A stretch of 64,000 bases of DNA from Chromatiales bacterium. Its GTDB lineage: Bacteria; Pseudomonadota; Gammaproteobacteria; Poriferisulfidales; Oxydemutatoraceae. Positions 30,976 to 40,127 of the stretch are shown one piece after another. The notes under the pieces are model-generated. The model did no database searches. It was not told where the DNA came from and was given only the letters and a program-made list of their open reading frames with translations. The stretch covers positions 16,117 through 80,116 of the forward strand of contig JACONC010000005.1 in assembly GCA_014323925.1 (NCBI GenBank), read 5' to 3'. Each line of letters begins with the position of its first letter. Position 1 is the stretch's first letter. The position numbers were made by a program, and so were the translations under genes.

Positions 30976-32094
30976 ATGCAAAAAGATATGCACTTTTGGG
31001 GTACCTATGTTATCACTAGAGCGGCGGGAGTTCCGATGAACGACGCCCATACCATTGCTTATGCTGCTCAATATGTAGACGATTCCACCCAGCAAGATAG
31101 CGAACAACATGAAGACGGTGGGTTGCTCTACGGTATTGCAACTGCGCATCATGCTTTGAAAAGTGCGGCAAACAGTGTTATTGATCGCGAAGCGCAACGC
31201 CGAGTATGGGTGCCGTTTCATTTTATACCGGGTGGCATGGGCAAAACTTTAGCAGAGAAATTACTCTGCGTTAAAGATAGCGAAATCGCCCAAGAGATGA
31301 TCACGCACCATATTGCTAAGGCAAAAGAAAAAACCTTTGCACTAGAACTTATCGGCATTGCTGCCCATGTCTATATGGATACATTCTCTCACTATGGATT
31401 CTCTGGGATTAGTTCCGAATACAACGCGGTAAAGGCGGACTCTTTTAAGTTTTTTAATGTTGAATCAGGGTCGCGGATAGAAAAGTACATTAAAGGTAAA
31501 CACAGTGCCTTTGTTGAAAAGTACAAAGAACAAATAGAACAAGTGCATAATTTTTTCGCGGGGATAAAAAGTTCTGTAGCGGAAGCAGGTTCTGGTGCTT
31601 TAGGACATGCGGGCGTTGTCACCTATCCCGACCGACCTTTTTTACACTGGCAAGTTGAGTTTGAGCGTGCGCGTGCTGATAAATTATCTAATCGCAATAA
31701 TCCGCAAACCTATCTTGAAGGGTGCGAAAAATTGCACGGCTACTTAAGTGAATTTGCACGAGAGAGATACGAACAACCAGAGATTGTGCCGTTTGAAAAT
31801 ATCAAAGGCGAGGTAGAAAAGATTATCCAATTTCAAGGTGCTAAGGAAGAGCGCATAGATAAATGGAAGCAGGCGATTACTGAAAGGACCGTATATGCTC
31901 CTGAAGAGGGTGAAGCGAAAGAAACCAAATATGAAGCGAGTCTGTGGGAGGAGGAGAAAGAAGGATTTCATAATGCCACATCATCTAGCGAGGGTATTGA
32001 CACGAATGTCTACCGTTTTCATCAGGCAGCCGCCTTTCACCGCTATTATGTCTTAAAGGATCTCTTGCCCAAGCATAATATTGCTGTTTACTAG
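30976..32094 (+). CDS. hypothetical cytoplasmic His/Asp-rich protein; possible zinc-dependent PLC / S1-P1 nuclease-fold hydrolase
   Basis: 372 aa, no signal peptide. The N-terminus HFWGTYVITRAAG...AHTIAYAAQYVDD resembles the WGxxGHxxVAYxAQxYV opening of S1/P1 nucleases, and there are further His/Asp clusters (VPFHFIPG, AHVYMDTFSHYGFSG, LGHAGVV). It is divergent from hsdM. Confidence 0.35.
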   Translation: MQKDMHFWGTYVITRAAGVPMNDAHTIAYAAQYVDDSTQQDSEQHEDGGLLYGIATAHHALKSAANSVIDREAQRRVWVPFHFIPGGMGKTLAEKLLCVKDSEIAQEMITHHIAKAKEKTFALELIGIAAHVYMDTFSHYGFSGISSEYNAVKADSFKFFNVESGSRIEKYIKGKHSAFVEKYKEQIEQVHNFFAGIKSSVAEAGSGALGHAGVVTYPDRPFLHWQVEFERARADKLSNRNNPQTYLEGCEKLHGYLSEFARERYEQPEIVPFENIKGEVEKIIQFQGAKEERIDKWKQAITERTVYAPEEGEAKETKYEASLWEEEKEGFHNATSSSEGIDTNVYRFHQAAAFHRYYVLKDLLPKHNIAVY

Positions 32095-32385
32095 ACTTGC
32101 AGTCGATCGTCCACTATCGACTAAGGGCACCCTCACTTTAATCTAAACAGCACAATTTTCTGGTTAAGACAAAAAAGTAGCAGCAATATTCTTGCCAACG
32201 AATTTCTCCAATTTTTGTCCTTATGCGATAATACCTTGATTTTGTGAGGAAGCCATTGGTTGGTTTTATCTCGCAAACTGAAAAATATAAGGATGGCTGA
32301 TGGTGTAATGTGGGGATATCCGCTGGCAAGTGCTTAAGGTCTCCTTGCGCGTCGCTCAATTAACATTTACGCATTGTATATCTAG

Positions 32386-33405
32386 ATGAAAAAAGTCAAT
32401 ATAGCAGTTGTCGGTGCCACTGGGGCAGTCGGTGAGGTCATGCTTGAGGTTCTGCAGCAGCGGGATTTCCCAGTAGATGAGTTGTATCCGCTTGCGAGCA
32501 GGCGGTCGGCGGGTGGTGTTGTGCGGTTTAGGGGGCAGGATTGCGAGATTGGTCTGCTGGATGATTTTGATTTTGCGCGCACGAGTATTGCACTGTTTTC
32601 AGCAGGTGCTTCAGTGTCAGATGTTTATGCGCCGCGCGCAGCAGATGCGGGTAATGTTGTAATAGATAATACTTCGCGTTTTCGCAACGAGGCAGATATT
32701 CCGCTGGTGGTGCCAGAGGTTAATGCGCATGCGGCAGCAGATTATGCGCCGCGGCGGATTATTGCTAATCCGAATTGTTCGACGATACAGATGGTGGTGG
32801 TGTTGAAGCCGCTGCACGATTTGTTCGATATCAGCCGAGTGAATGTTGCTACTTATCAGGCGGTTTCGGGCGGCGGGCGGCGTGCACAGGATGAGATGTT
32901 GGCACAAACTCGTATGCAGTTGGATGGTGAGGTGGTGCAGACTGAAGTTTATCCGAAGCAGATTGCGTTCAATGCGTTGCCACAGATAGATTGTTTTATG
33001 GACAACGGCTATACACGGGAAGAGATGAAGATGGTTTGGGAGACGCAAAAGATTTTGGGGGATGAGCAGATTAAGGTGAATCCCACGACCGTGCGTATCC
33101 CAGTGGTGAACGGACATTCGGAAGCAATACATATAGAGTTCAAGCAACAGGTAGATGAGGTCGCCGCTCGTGAGGCATTGGAGAAAGCGCCTGGCATTAA
33201 GGTGTTGGATGAGCGTGTCGCAGGCGGGTATCCAACAGCTGTAACCGAAGCGGATCATCAGGATGCGGTTTGGGTTGGGCGTATACGTAAGGATATTTCC
33301 CATCCCAATGGGCTCAATGTATGGGTGGTGGCAGATAATTTACGCAAAGGTGCGGCGACCAACAGTGTACAAATCGCCGAGTTGATGTTGCGGGAGTATT
33401 TGTAA
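32386..33405 (+). CDS. asd: aspartate-semialdehyde dehydrogenase (short, USG-1-like type)
   Basis: NIAVVGATGAVG Rossmann motif and the active-site NPNCSTIQMVVVLKPLH. 339 aa. The leuB...asd-fimV-truA neighbourhood matches Pseudomonas. Confidence 0.85.
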   Translation: MKKVNIAVVGATGAVGEVMLEVLQQRDFPVDELYPLASRRSAGGVVRFRGQDCEIGLLDDFDFARTSIALFSAGASVSDVYAPRAADAGNVVIDNTSRFRNEADIPLVVPEVNAHAAADYAPRRIIANPNCSTIQMVVVLKPLHDLFDISRVNVATYQAVSGGGRRAQDEMLAQTRMQLDGEVVQTEVYPKQIAFNALPQIDCFMDNGYTREEMKMVWETQKILGDEQIKVNPTTVRIPVVNGHSEAIHIEFKQQVDEVAAREALEKAPGIKVLDERVAGGYPTAVTEADHQDAVWVGRIRKDISHPNGLNVWVVADNLRKGAATNSVQIAELMLREYL

Positions 33406-33669
33406 AGAGAGTTGTTGCGGTTGGTTTTCATGCTCTGATGATGATACGCAACAGCATGCGGTTATCGCGCGATGTTTAATATAGATATAGGGTTGACTAA
33501 AATTTTATGGTATGCCTCTGGTGTGCAACGGCTTATGGGGTGTGCGTATAGGTGTCTATTTAGCAGCGCTGTTAAGGTTGCTTATAAAGCAGACTGTTTA
33601 TGTTACTTTAACAAACGGCGCCTGATGAGGTCTGAAAGTGACTGCATAGGGACACCTCTATGGTTTGCA

Positions 33670-35028
33670 ATGGCACTAGGCAAGGACAATCACACTGGGT
33701 TGTCCTTGCGGTGGTCGATGTTGTGGCTGGTGTTGAGTTGTTTTGCGGTGAGTTCGGCAGTGGCGTTGGAGTTGGGCGACCTATCAGTTGACAGCGAGGT
33801 CGAGCAGATATTGGATGCCAAGGTCACGCTAGGCGATGTAGCACGCGAGAACTTAGCAAATTGGTATGTGTTACCTACGGATGAGAACGATTATCAGGCG
33901 CAAGGGCTTGAGTATCTAAAGAGTTTGCACGACCGCTTGGTGATGGAGATAGTAACATCGGCAAATCCACCTTATATTGCGGTTAGCAGTCTTGTGTCCA
34001 TCGGACTTGATAGTTTTGATTTAATCGTTCGCATCGGCGACGGCGATAAGATATTGAGTAATACTTATCGGCCAATATTAAAAGAGCCATCGGCACCGCT
34101 GCCTGAAATAATCAAAGCGATGACACCTGCTGAGATGTTGAATTATTTGGTGAATAAGCTCGCTACCGCGCAAAACATCCCTGCTGGAGAAGTATGGGGT
34201 GAGTTGCAATTATTGACGACTGCCACTGATCCGGATGGCGAATACAAGTTCATGTCGTATCTAAGTTCAGTCAATGTAGACCCGCGCTTTTTAGCTGGTG
34301 TAGAAGCAATGCTCAGCGATTATCAAAAGACTGTTTTTGATAAGGCTCGTGCTGAGTCGGGTGATGCTCGTGCAGTCGCTACGATATTATTCGCTCAGCA
34401 AGGCTTTCTGATATTAAAGGCATTATTTGGCAAAGCGACTGAGTCTTCACTAGAAGAAGGTGAGACCAGGAGCGAGCAATTAGACTTTGCCCGTGAAAAT
34501 GCGGCAATATTGCAAAACAAACTTTTTGCGCTTGAGTATGCTAAAGCGCAGCAAGATGCGGCAGCACAGCAAGGACAAGCCGATACGGCGGTTGGTCAAG
34601 ATAAAAAGTTTCGTTGGTCGGATTATCTGCAGTGGGGAGAGCAGCCGTTGATGACGAACGCTAAATTTTGGATGGTTGTGGCAATGTTCTTAGTTGTACT
34701 GCTATTGCTGGAGAGCCTATGGTTACTTAAGAAGCGAAAGGCACTGCCTATTCGGCAAGCGAGCAATGTCGGTCGTATGGGTGCACCGTTGCCGGGGCAA
34801 GAGAAATTAGCAAAACTGCGCTCTCCACGAGAGTATGTAGAGCCGCCGAATAATTTGCCCAAAGTCACAGCCGATAAGACTATTGGCAAGCTCAACCAAG
34901 CCGAAGCCTATATAGAAATGGGTGACTACGACAAAGCAAGCCGTCTACTCAAGGAAGTAGAGCGACAAAGCGAGGATGCCGAGCAACTAGCACGTCTGGG
35001 TAGCTTACGAGATAAAATGAAAAAATGA
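33670..35028 (+). CDS. FimV-like protein (C-terminal FimV domain)
   Basis: Signal peptide (MLWLVLSCFAVSSAVA), a single TM helix (FWMVVAMFLVVLLLLESLWLL) and the C-terminal LNQAEAYIEMGDYDKASRLL FimV motif. It lies between asd and truA as in Pseudomonas. The start is uncertain: the track ORF begins at 33472 and 33718 is another candidate. Confidence 0.6.
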   Translation: MALGKDNHTGLSLRWSMLWLVLSCFAVSSAVALELGDLSVDSEVEQILDAKVTLGDVARENLANWYVLPTDENDYQAQGLEYLKSLHDRLVMEIVTSANPPYIAVSSLVSIGLDSFDLIVRIGDGDKILSNTYRPILKEPSAPLPEIIKAMTPAEMLNYLVNKLATAQNIPAGEVWGELQLLTTATDPDGEYKFMSYLSSVNVDPRFLAGVEAMLSDYQKTVFDKARAESGDARAVATILFAQQGFLILKALFGKATESSLEEGETRSEQLDFARENAAILQNKLFALEYAKAQQDAAAQQGQADTAVGQDKKFRWSDYLQWGEQPLMTNAKFWMVVAMFLVVLLLLESLWLLKKRKALPIRQASNVGRMGAPLPGQEKLAKLRSPREYVEPPNNLPKVTADKTIGKLNQAEAYIEMGDYDKASRLLKEVERQSEDAEQLARLGSLRDKMKK

Positions 35029-35804
35029 AGTTTGCTGCTGGCATTGAGTATAAAGGCACCGCCTTTGACGGATGGCAGTGCCAATCGCACGCGCCCAGTG
35101 TGCAAGATTGTTTGGAGCGAGCTTTAACGAAAGTGGCGAATAGTCCGGTGCGCACCGTGTGTGCTGGACGCACTGATAGCGGAGTGCATGCCACCGGACA
35201 AGTTGTTCATTTTGAAAGCGATGCGCAGCGCAGTGAGCGAGAATGGCTACAAGGTTGCAACGCGCATACCACTAAAGATATTGGTTTGCGATGGATGAGT
35301 GTGGTGGATGCGAGCTTTGATGCGCGCAGAAGTGCAATCCGCCGGCATTACCGATATGTCATTTTGAATAGCCTTCTGCAGTCGCCTTTGTTGCACGATC
35401 TAAGCACACATATATATAAGCCACTGAGCGAACAAACGATGCATCAAGCCGCACAAGCACTAGTTGGCGAACACGATTTCAGTAGCTTTCGCAGTGCCGG
35501 CTGTCAATCTAAGACGCCGGTTAGGCAGGTCTATGCGATAACGGTGTGCCGAGATGGACGATTTATTTATATAGATGTTTGTGCCAATGCCTTCGTTCAA
35601 TATATGGTGCGCAATATCGTCGGTGTGTTGTTGGAGGTCGGCGCCGGTTCCCAGCCTGAGCACTGGGTCGCCGATGTATTGGAGAAAAGAGACCGAACAC
35701 AAGGCGGCGTGACCGCATCAAGCAACGGGTTATATCTGGTGAAGGTAGAATACGATACTCGTTATGGTTTGCCCGACGATACGGTGTATCCAAGTTTTTA
35801 TTAA
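35025..35804 (+). CDS. truA: tRNA pseudouridine(38-40) synthase
   Basis: MKFAAGIEYKGTAFDGWQ...RTDSGVHA is the TruA catalytic Asp motif; 259 aa. Confidence 0.9.
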   Translation: MKFAAGIEYKGTAFDGWQCQSHAPSVQDCLERALTKVANSPVRTVCAGRTDSGVHATGQVVHFESDAQRSEREWLQGCNAHTTKDIGLRWMSVVDASFDARRSAIRRHYRYVILNSLLQSPLLHDLSTHIYKPLSEQTMHQAAQALVGEHDFSSFRSAGCQSKTPVRQVYAITVCRDGRFIYIDVCANAFVQYMVRNIVGVLLEVGAGSQPEHWVADVLEKRDRTQGGVTASSNGLYLVKVEYDTRYGLPDDTVYPSFY

Positions 35805-36211
35805 AGAGTAGGATAAATCGTAGGGGCGGTTCTGCGTGCCACTAAATTGTAGAAGCGGCCGGTGATTTTCACACGACTACAGTAATGTGCCGTTTGTTGT
35901 AATTGCACAAATGATTTGCTTGTGTATAGCCTTAGCAGTGTTGTTGAATACATAAATCTACGAGCGTAATATCCGCTGTTTTATGTGCAGGCACGCTAAC
36001 AATTTTAGTAGCAAGTTCAGTGCACTGTTAGCCACTCAGAAGCATACCCAACAACCCGCCGCCACGCATTAAGATACACATAAAAGGTTCGCAAGATGTC
36101 GCCTATTCCTTGCTGATTATTGGCGATTATTGTATATAATAGATGTCGCACTACAACAGTAGGCAATACAATAACTTAATTTATTTGATAATTTTTAGAT
36201 AGGAGAATGAA

Positions 36212-36574
36212 ATGTCGGAAGCAGACGAATCAAAGACTCTAACTGTGAAAGGTAGGGAAATTAAGAGAGATAAAAACGGTTATCTGTTAAACCCCTTGGA
36301 CTGGAGCCAGGAAGTGGCAGACGAGATGGCTCAACAAGAAGGCTTAAAAATAACCCCCCAACACATGGATATCATCGTACATTTGCGCGATCGGTTCTTC
36401 AATTTTAACGAAGAGCAGCCTAACACTCGTAAGATAGTCAAAGCCATGCAAGAACAATGGGACAACAGCGATCTTTCGGCTAAAGAACTTTATGCTCTTT
36501 TCCCTAAAGATCCAAGTAAGCAAGGAGCACGCTTTGCAGGATTACCTGAAAGTCGCCGCAAAGGTGGCTATTGA
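36212..36574 (+). CDS. TusE/DsrC-family protein lacking the C-terminal Cys
   Basis: The 120-aa protein aligns with E. coli TusE (GREIKRDKNGYL..W...A...A..EG...T..H..I...R.F), but ends ...GLPESRRKGGY with no terminal cysteine. Confidence 0.7.
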   Translation: MSEADESKTLTVKGREIKRDKNGYLLNPLDWSQEVADEMAQQEGLKITPQHMDIIVHLRDRFFNFNEEQPNTRKIVKAMQEQWDNSDLSAKELYALFPKDPSKQGARFAGLPESRRKGGY

Positions 36575-36585
36575 TTAGTTGCTAA

Positions 36586-36661
36586 TGGTAGGCGCGATTG
36601 GATTTGAACCAACGACCCCCACTATGTGAAAGTGGTGCTCTAACCACTGAGCTACGCGCCT
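36586..36661 (-). tRNA. tRNA-Val (anticodon CAC)
   Basis: Minus strand: AGGCGCGTAGCTCAGTGGTTAGAGCACCACTTTCACATAGTGGGGGTCGTTGGTTCAAATCCAATCGCGCCTACCA. It folds as a cloverleaf with a 7-bp acceptor stem, closely resembles E. coli tRNA-Val, and has a TTCACAT anticodon loop. Confidence 0.8.
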
Positions 36662-36695
36662 ACGGTACACAAAGCAAAGCGATACTTTAATTTGC

Positions 36696-37022
36696 CTAGA
36701 TATTCTGGTCTATAAAAGCAGTTAACTGAGAGAGTGTTAGCATACCCACCTTGGTATCTTTGACCTCACCACCCTTAAACAGAATCAAAGTAGGTATGCC
36801 CTTAATACTGTATTTAGACGCTGTCTCTTTATTATGATCAACATCGAGCTTGACTACCTTAATTTGTCCTGCATATTCTTTGGCAACTTGTTCAATCAAA
36901 GGTGCGATTGCCTTGCAGGGCCCACACCATTCTGCCCAAAAGTCTACTATAACGGGCATATCTGAATCTAATACATGTTCTTGAAAATTACTGTCGTTTG
37001 CAGCGATCATATGGTTATCCAT
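36696..37022 (-). CDS. trxA: thioredoxin
   Basis: 108 aa with the WAEWCGPCK active site. Confidence 0.9.
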   Translation of the reverse strand: MDNHMIAANDSNFQEHVLDSDMPVIVDFWAEWCGPCKAIAPLIEQVAKEYAGQIKVVKLDVDHNKETASKYSIKGIPTLILFKGGEVKDTKVGMLTLSQLTAFIDQNI

Positions 37023-37523
37023 TATTTATTTACCGGTTGATTATTAAAATACCCCGTAGCCTCAGCAAAGCATTGAAACTACAGGCTCAATTATCACAGA
37101 CTATCTGCTTTTACATAGCAATCTGCGAAGTAAGGTGTCTAATATACTTGCATAAGCAGGCTATGTCCAGTTTTTAGCGAATGCGTGTCAAACCAAAGCA
37201 CAGATGTCCGCCTTTGCTCACAGCAGAAATGTCCTATTTGCATAGGATAGTTTTAGGATAGTTCTAGGAGAGTTTGGGCGTCTTGGTGCGATGGCAATGA
37301 TGGCTGTTCTTGATAGGGTATAGGCTAACTTTTCCCCTTAAGCGAGTTGAAAATGCTCTAGGGTCATCAAAAGCACATTTCTGTTTGGCAGAAATAGGAC
37401 TTTACTACTTTTGTCCCTACAGGTATATTTAATTTTACGCACAGCTTATCTGCTATCTTGTTATAATGCCTATCATACATATAACTAACAAAGGACAATT
37501 ACAAGGAGAATGTCCTCTTTGGG

Positions 37524-38441
37524 TTGGTGAAGAAATCATTGCTAGCACGGATGAAAGACATTAAAAACACCCGATGCGTCGGCTTAATACTCAAACACGA
37601 CGATAGCGGTAAAACTCGCGATGTAGCGATACATCTATGCGATTACCTTAAGCAGCGTTTTGACTCAATCATTGCTTGCGTGCGAGATAAAGCTATCGTA
37701 TCCGATCAGACAAACATACGGTTTGTCTCTGCAGAGGAATTCAGTCGCCAGTGTGAGCTCGCCTTTTCCGTCGGTGGCGACGGCACTTTATTGCAAGCGA
37801 GTCATCTATGTAGCGAGCACGACATTCCTATCATTGGCATCAACCTAGGGCGACTAGGTTTTCTGGTAGAAATATCGCCGGATAACTTTCGCGAACACTT
37901 AGACAGCATCTTGAATGGGAATTACCGATTAGAAGAGAGAATTATGCTCGATGTAGCACTGCATAGAAACGGTAGCATAACCGAGAGCTTTACCGTTTGT
38001 AACGATGTTGCAATGCATAATAAAAATACTGTTCGCATGCTTGAATTAAATACCCATGTAGATGGCGTTTTTCTAAATACTATACACGGCGACGGACTGA
38101 TTATTTCAACACCTACGGGTTCTACTGCTTATGCCTTAGCTAGCGGTGGTCCGTTATTGGAACCGACTATGGAAGCGTTATTGGTGGTACCCATCTGTCC
38201 GCATACATTGAGCCAACGACCGTTGGTCATAGACTCCAAGAAAGTTATTGAAGTGACGGTCACCGAAAGGTATCGTGACGATACCGTTATTGCTGTAGAC
38301 GGTCAAATAACCCGTAGTATTGAGAGTAACTCTAAAATCATCATTAAACGTTCCCCACATAAGCTAAAACTAATACAGATCCTGCAACACGACTACTTTA
38401 CTACGCTGAGAAATAAACTCATGTGGAGTACCAAGCCTTAG
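37524..38441 (+). CDS. nadK: NAD+ kinase
   Basis: GGDGTLL motif and the NDVAMH region; 305 aa. It is upstream of recN, as in E. coli. Confidence 0.85.
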   Translation: MVKKSLLARMKDIKNTRCVGLILKHDDSGKTRDVAIHLCDYLKQRFDSIIACVRDKAIVSDQTNIRFVSAEEFSRQCELAFSVGGDGTLLQASHLCSEHDIPIIGINLGRLGFLVEISPDNFREHLDSILNGNYRLEERIMLDVALHRNGSITESFTVCNDVAMHNKNTVRMLELNTHVDGVFLNTIHGDGLIISTPTGSTAYALASGGPLLEPTMEALLVVPICPHTLSQRPLVIDSKKVIEVTVTERYRDDTVIAVDGQITRSIESNSKIIIKRSPHKLKLIQILQHDYFTTLRNKLMWSTKP

Positions 38442-38442
38442 A

Positions 38443-40119
38443 TTGATGCTAAGCGCATTAACGGTCGAGAACTTTTTAATTATCGATAGAGTAGTCGCCA
38501 ATTTTGAACGCGGCATGACAGTCTTAACCGGCGAAACCGGAACTGGTAAGTCGATATTAATAGATGCATTAGAACTAACACTGGGACGACGCGCACAAAG
38601 TCATCTGCTACGCCCTGGCGCCAACAAACTGTCGTTGAGCATTGCTCTAGATGTGAGCGGACAAACTGCGGCAATAAGCTGGCTCAAAAAACAAAGCATG
38701 GAAAACGATGAAAACAGCTGTGTCATCAGACGGGTTATTAATAGCGAAGGACGTTCGCAAGCCTATATTAACGGTTCGCTCTCGACACTGGAACAACTCA
38801 AAGAACTGACCATGCTACTGGTTGATGTGGCCGGTCAGAATAATCAACAACAATTATTAGATAGCTCTCGCCATTTAGCGTTGCTCGATTTATACAGCGA
38901 CCACGAAGCGCAATTACTGGAAATGCAGAATATCTATCAGCAATGGAAGATGGTAAACGACCAACTCAATCATCGCCAGCAGCAATCGCAAGAAATAGAA
39001 ATCAAACAGCAATGGTTAACACAGCAATGCCAAGAACTAGAGCAAGCCGCAATCAAAGCTGGCGAATATGAACAAATAGAGCAAGAACACCGCGTGCTTT
39101 CACAAAAAGAAAAACTCAAACAAGCACTTGCCAACGCCTACCAAGCACTAGATGCTGAATCCCAACAAAATGCAAATCTGTTGCTGGCTACAGCGTACAA
39201 CGAATTACACTCCTTGAGTGAAATAGATACTAAACTTCAAGAAGTAGCCGAGTTGGTGAACTATGCACTGGATCAAAGTAACGAAGCAGCGCGCGAGATC
39301 AAGCAATATCTAGACCGTATAGATAACACACAAGGTGAGCTTGAGACCATCGAGAGACGGCTGGGTGTTTTGACCGAACTGGCGCGCAAATATAAAACAT
39401 CAGCCAATCTGTTGCCTGAAAAACTTGAACAGATGAGTCACGAGTTAAAAATGTTGGACGACCCCGAACAAAGTATCGAGCAACTTGAAAAGAAAAGGGA
39501 TAACGCTGAGGCAGATTATAAAAAAATTGCGCTACAAGTGAGCGGCACCCGAAAACGATCGGCGCGCGTATTAGAAGAGGCAGTATTGAAACTGCTAAAG
39601 CAACTGAATATGAAACAGGCGCAATTCAAAATAAACTTTGTCACAGACAGCCATACTACCCCATCACCAAGCGGGCTTGAGCGGGTTGCGTTTATGTTGT
39701 GCGCCAACCCAGGTCAAAAACTACAACCCTTGGCGAAAGCGGCGTCGGGCGGAGAACTCTCTCGTATTAGCTTGGCTTTGCAAGTCGCACTGTCAAACCG
39801 ACGCATGATACCCGTGCTGATATTTGACGAGGTAGATAGCGGAGTCGGTGGTGCAACCGCAGAAATAGTCGGCCGTCTATTGAAGAAATTATCCTCACAA
39901 ACGCAAGTCTTTTGCGTTACCCATCTGGCACAAATCGCCTGCCAAGCAGACCATCATTATTATGTAGAAAAAGTAAGCAAAGATGGAAGCACCTCAGTGT
40001 CGTTAACCAAACTGAATAAACAAGACCGACTACAAGAACTCGCAAGAATGATAGCAGGAACAAAAATCACCAAGCAATCCCTAGACCACGCCCGACAAAT
40101 GCTTGCGACAACCGAATGA
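38443..40119 (+). CDS. recN: DNA repair protein RecN
   Basis: 558 aa with an SMC-like Walker A (GETGTGKS), a coiled coil, and the C-terminal signature/Walker B (GGELSRISLAL...LIFDEVD). Confidence 0.9.
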   Translation: MMLSALTVENFLIIDRVVANFERGMTVLTGETGTGKSILIDALELTLGRRAQSHLLRPGANKLSLSIALDVSGQTAAISWLKKQSMENDENSCVIRRVINSEGRSQAYINGSLSTLEQLKELTMLLVDVAGQNNQQQLLDSSRHLALLDLYSDHEAQLLEMQNIYQQWKMVNDQLNHRQQQSQEIEIKQQWLTQQCQELEQAAIKAGEYEQIEQEHRVLSQKEKLKQALANAYQALDAESQQNANLLLATAYNELHSLSEIDTKLQEVAELVNYALDQSNEAAREIKQYLDRIDNTQGELETIERRLGVLTELARKYKTSANLLPEKLEQMSHELKMLDDPEQSIEQLEKKRDNAEADYKKIALQVSGTRKRSARVLEEAVLKLLKQLNMKQAQFKINFVTDSHTTPSPSGLERVAFMLCANPGQKLQPLAKAASGGELSRISLALQVALSNRRMIPVLIFDEVDSGVGGATAEIVGRLLKKLSSQTQVFCVTHLAQIACQADHHYYVEKVSKDGSTSVSLTKLNKQDRLQELARMIAGTKITKQSLDHARQMLATTE

Positions 40120-40127
40120 ACTAGATA

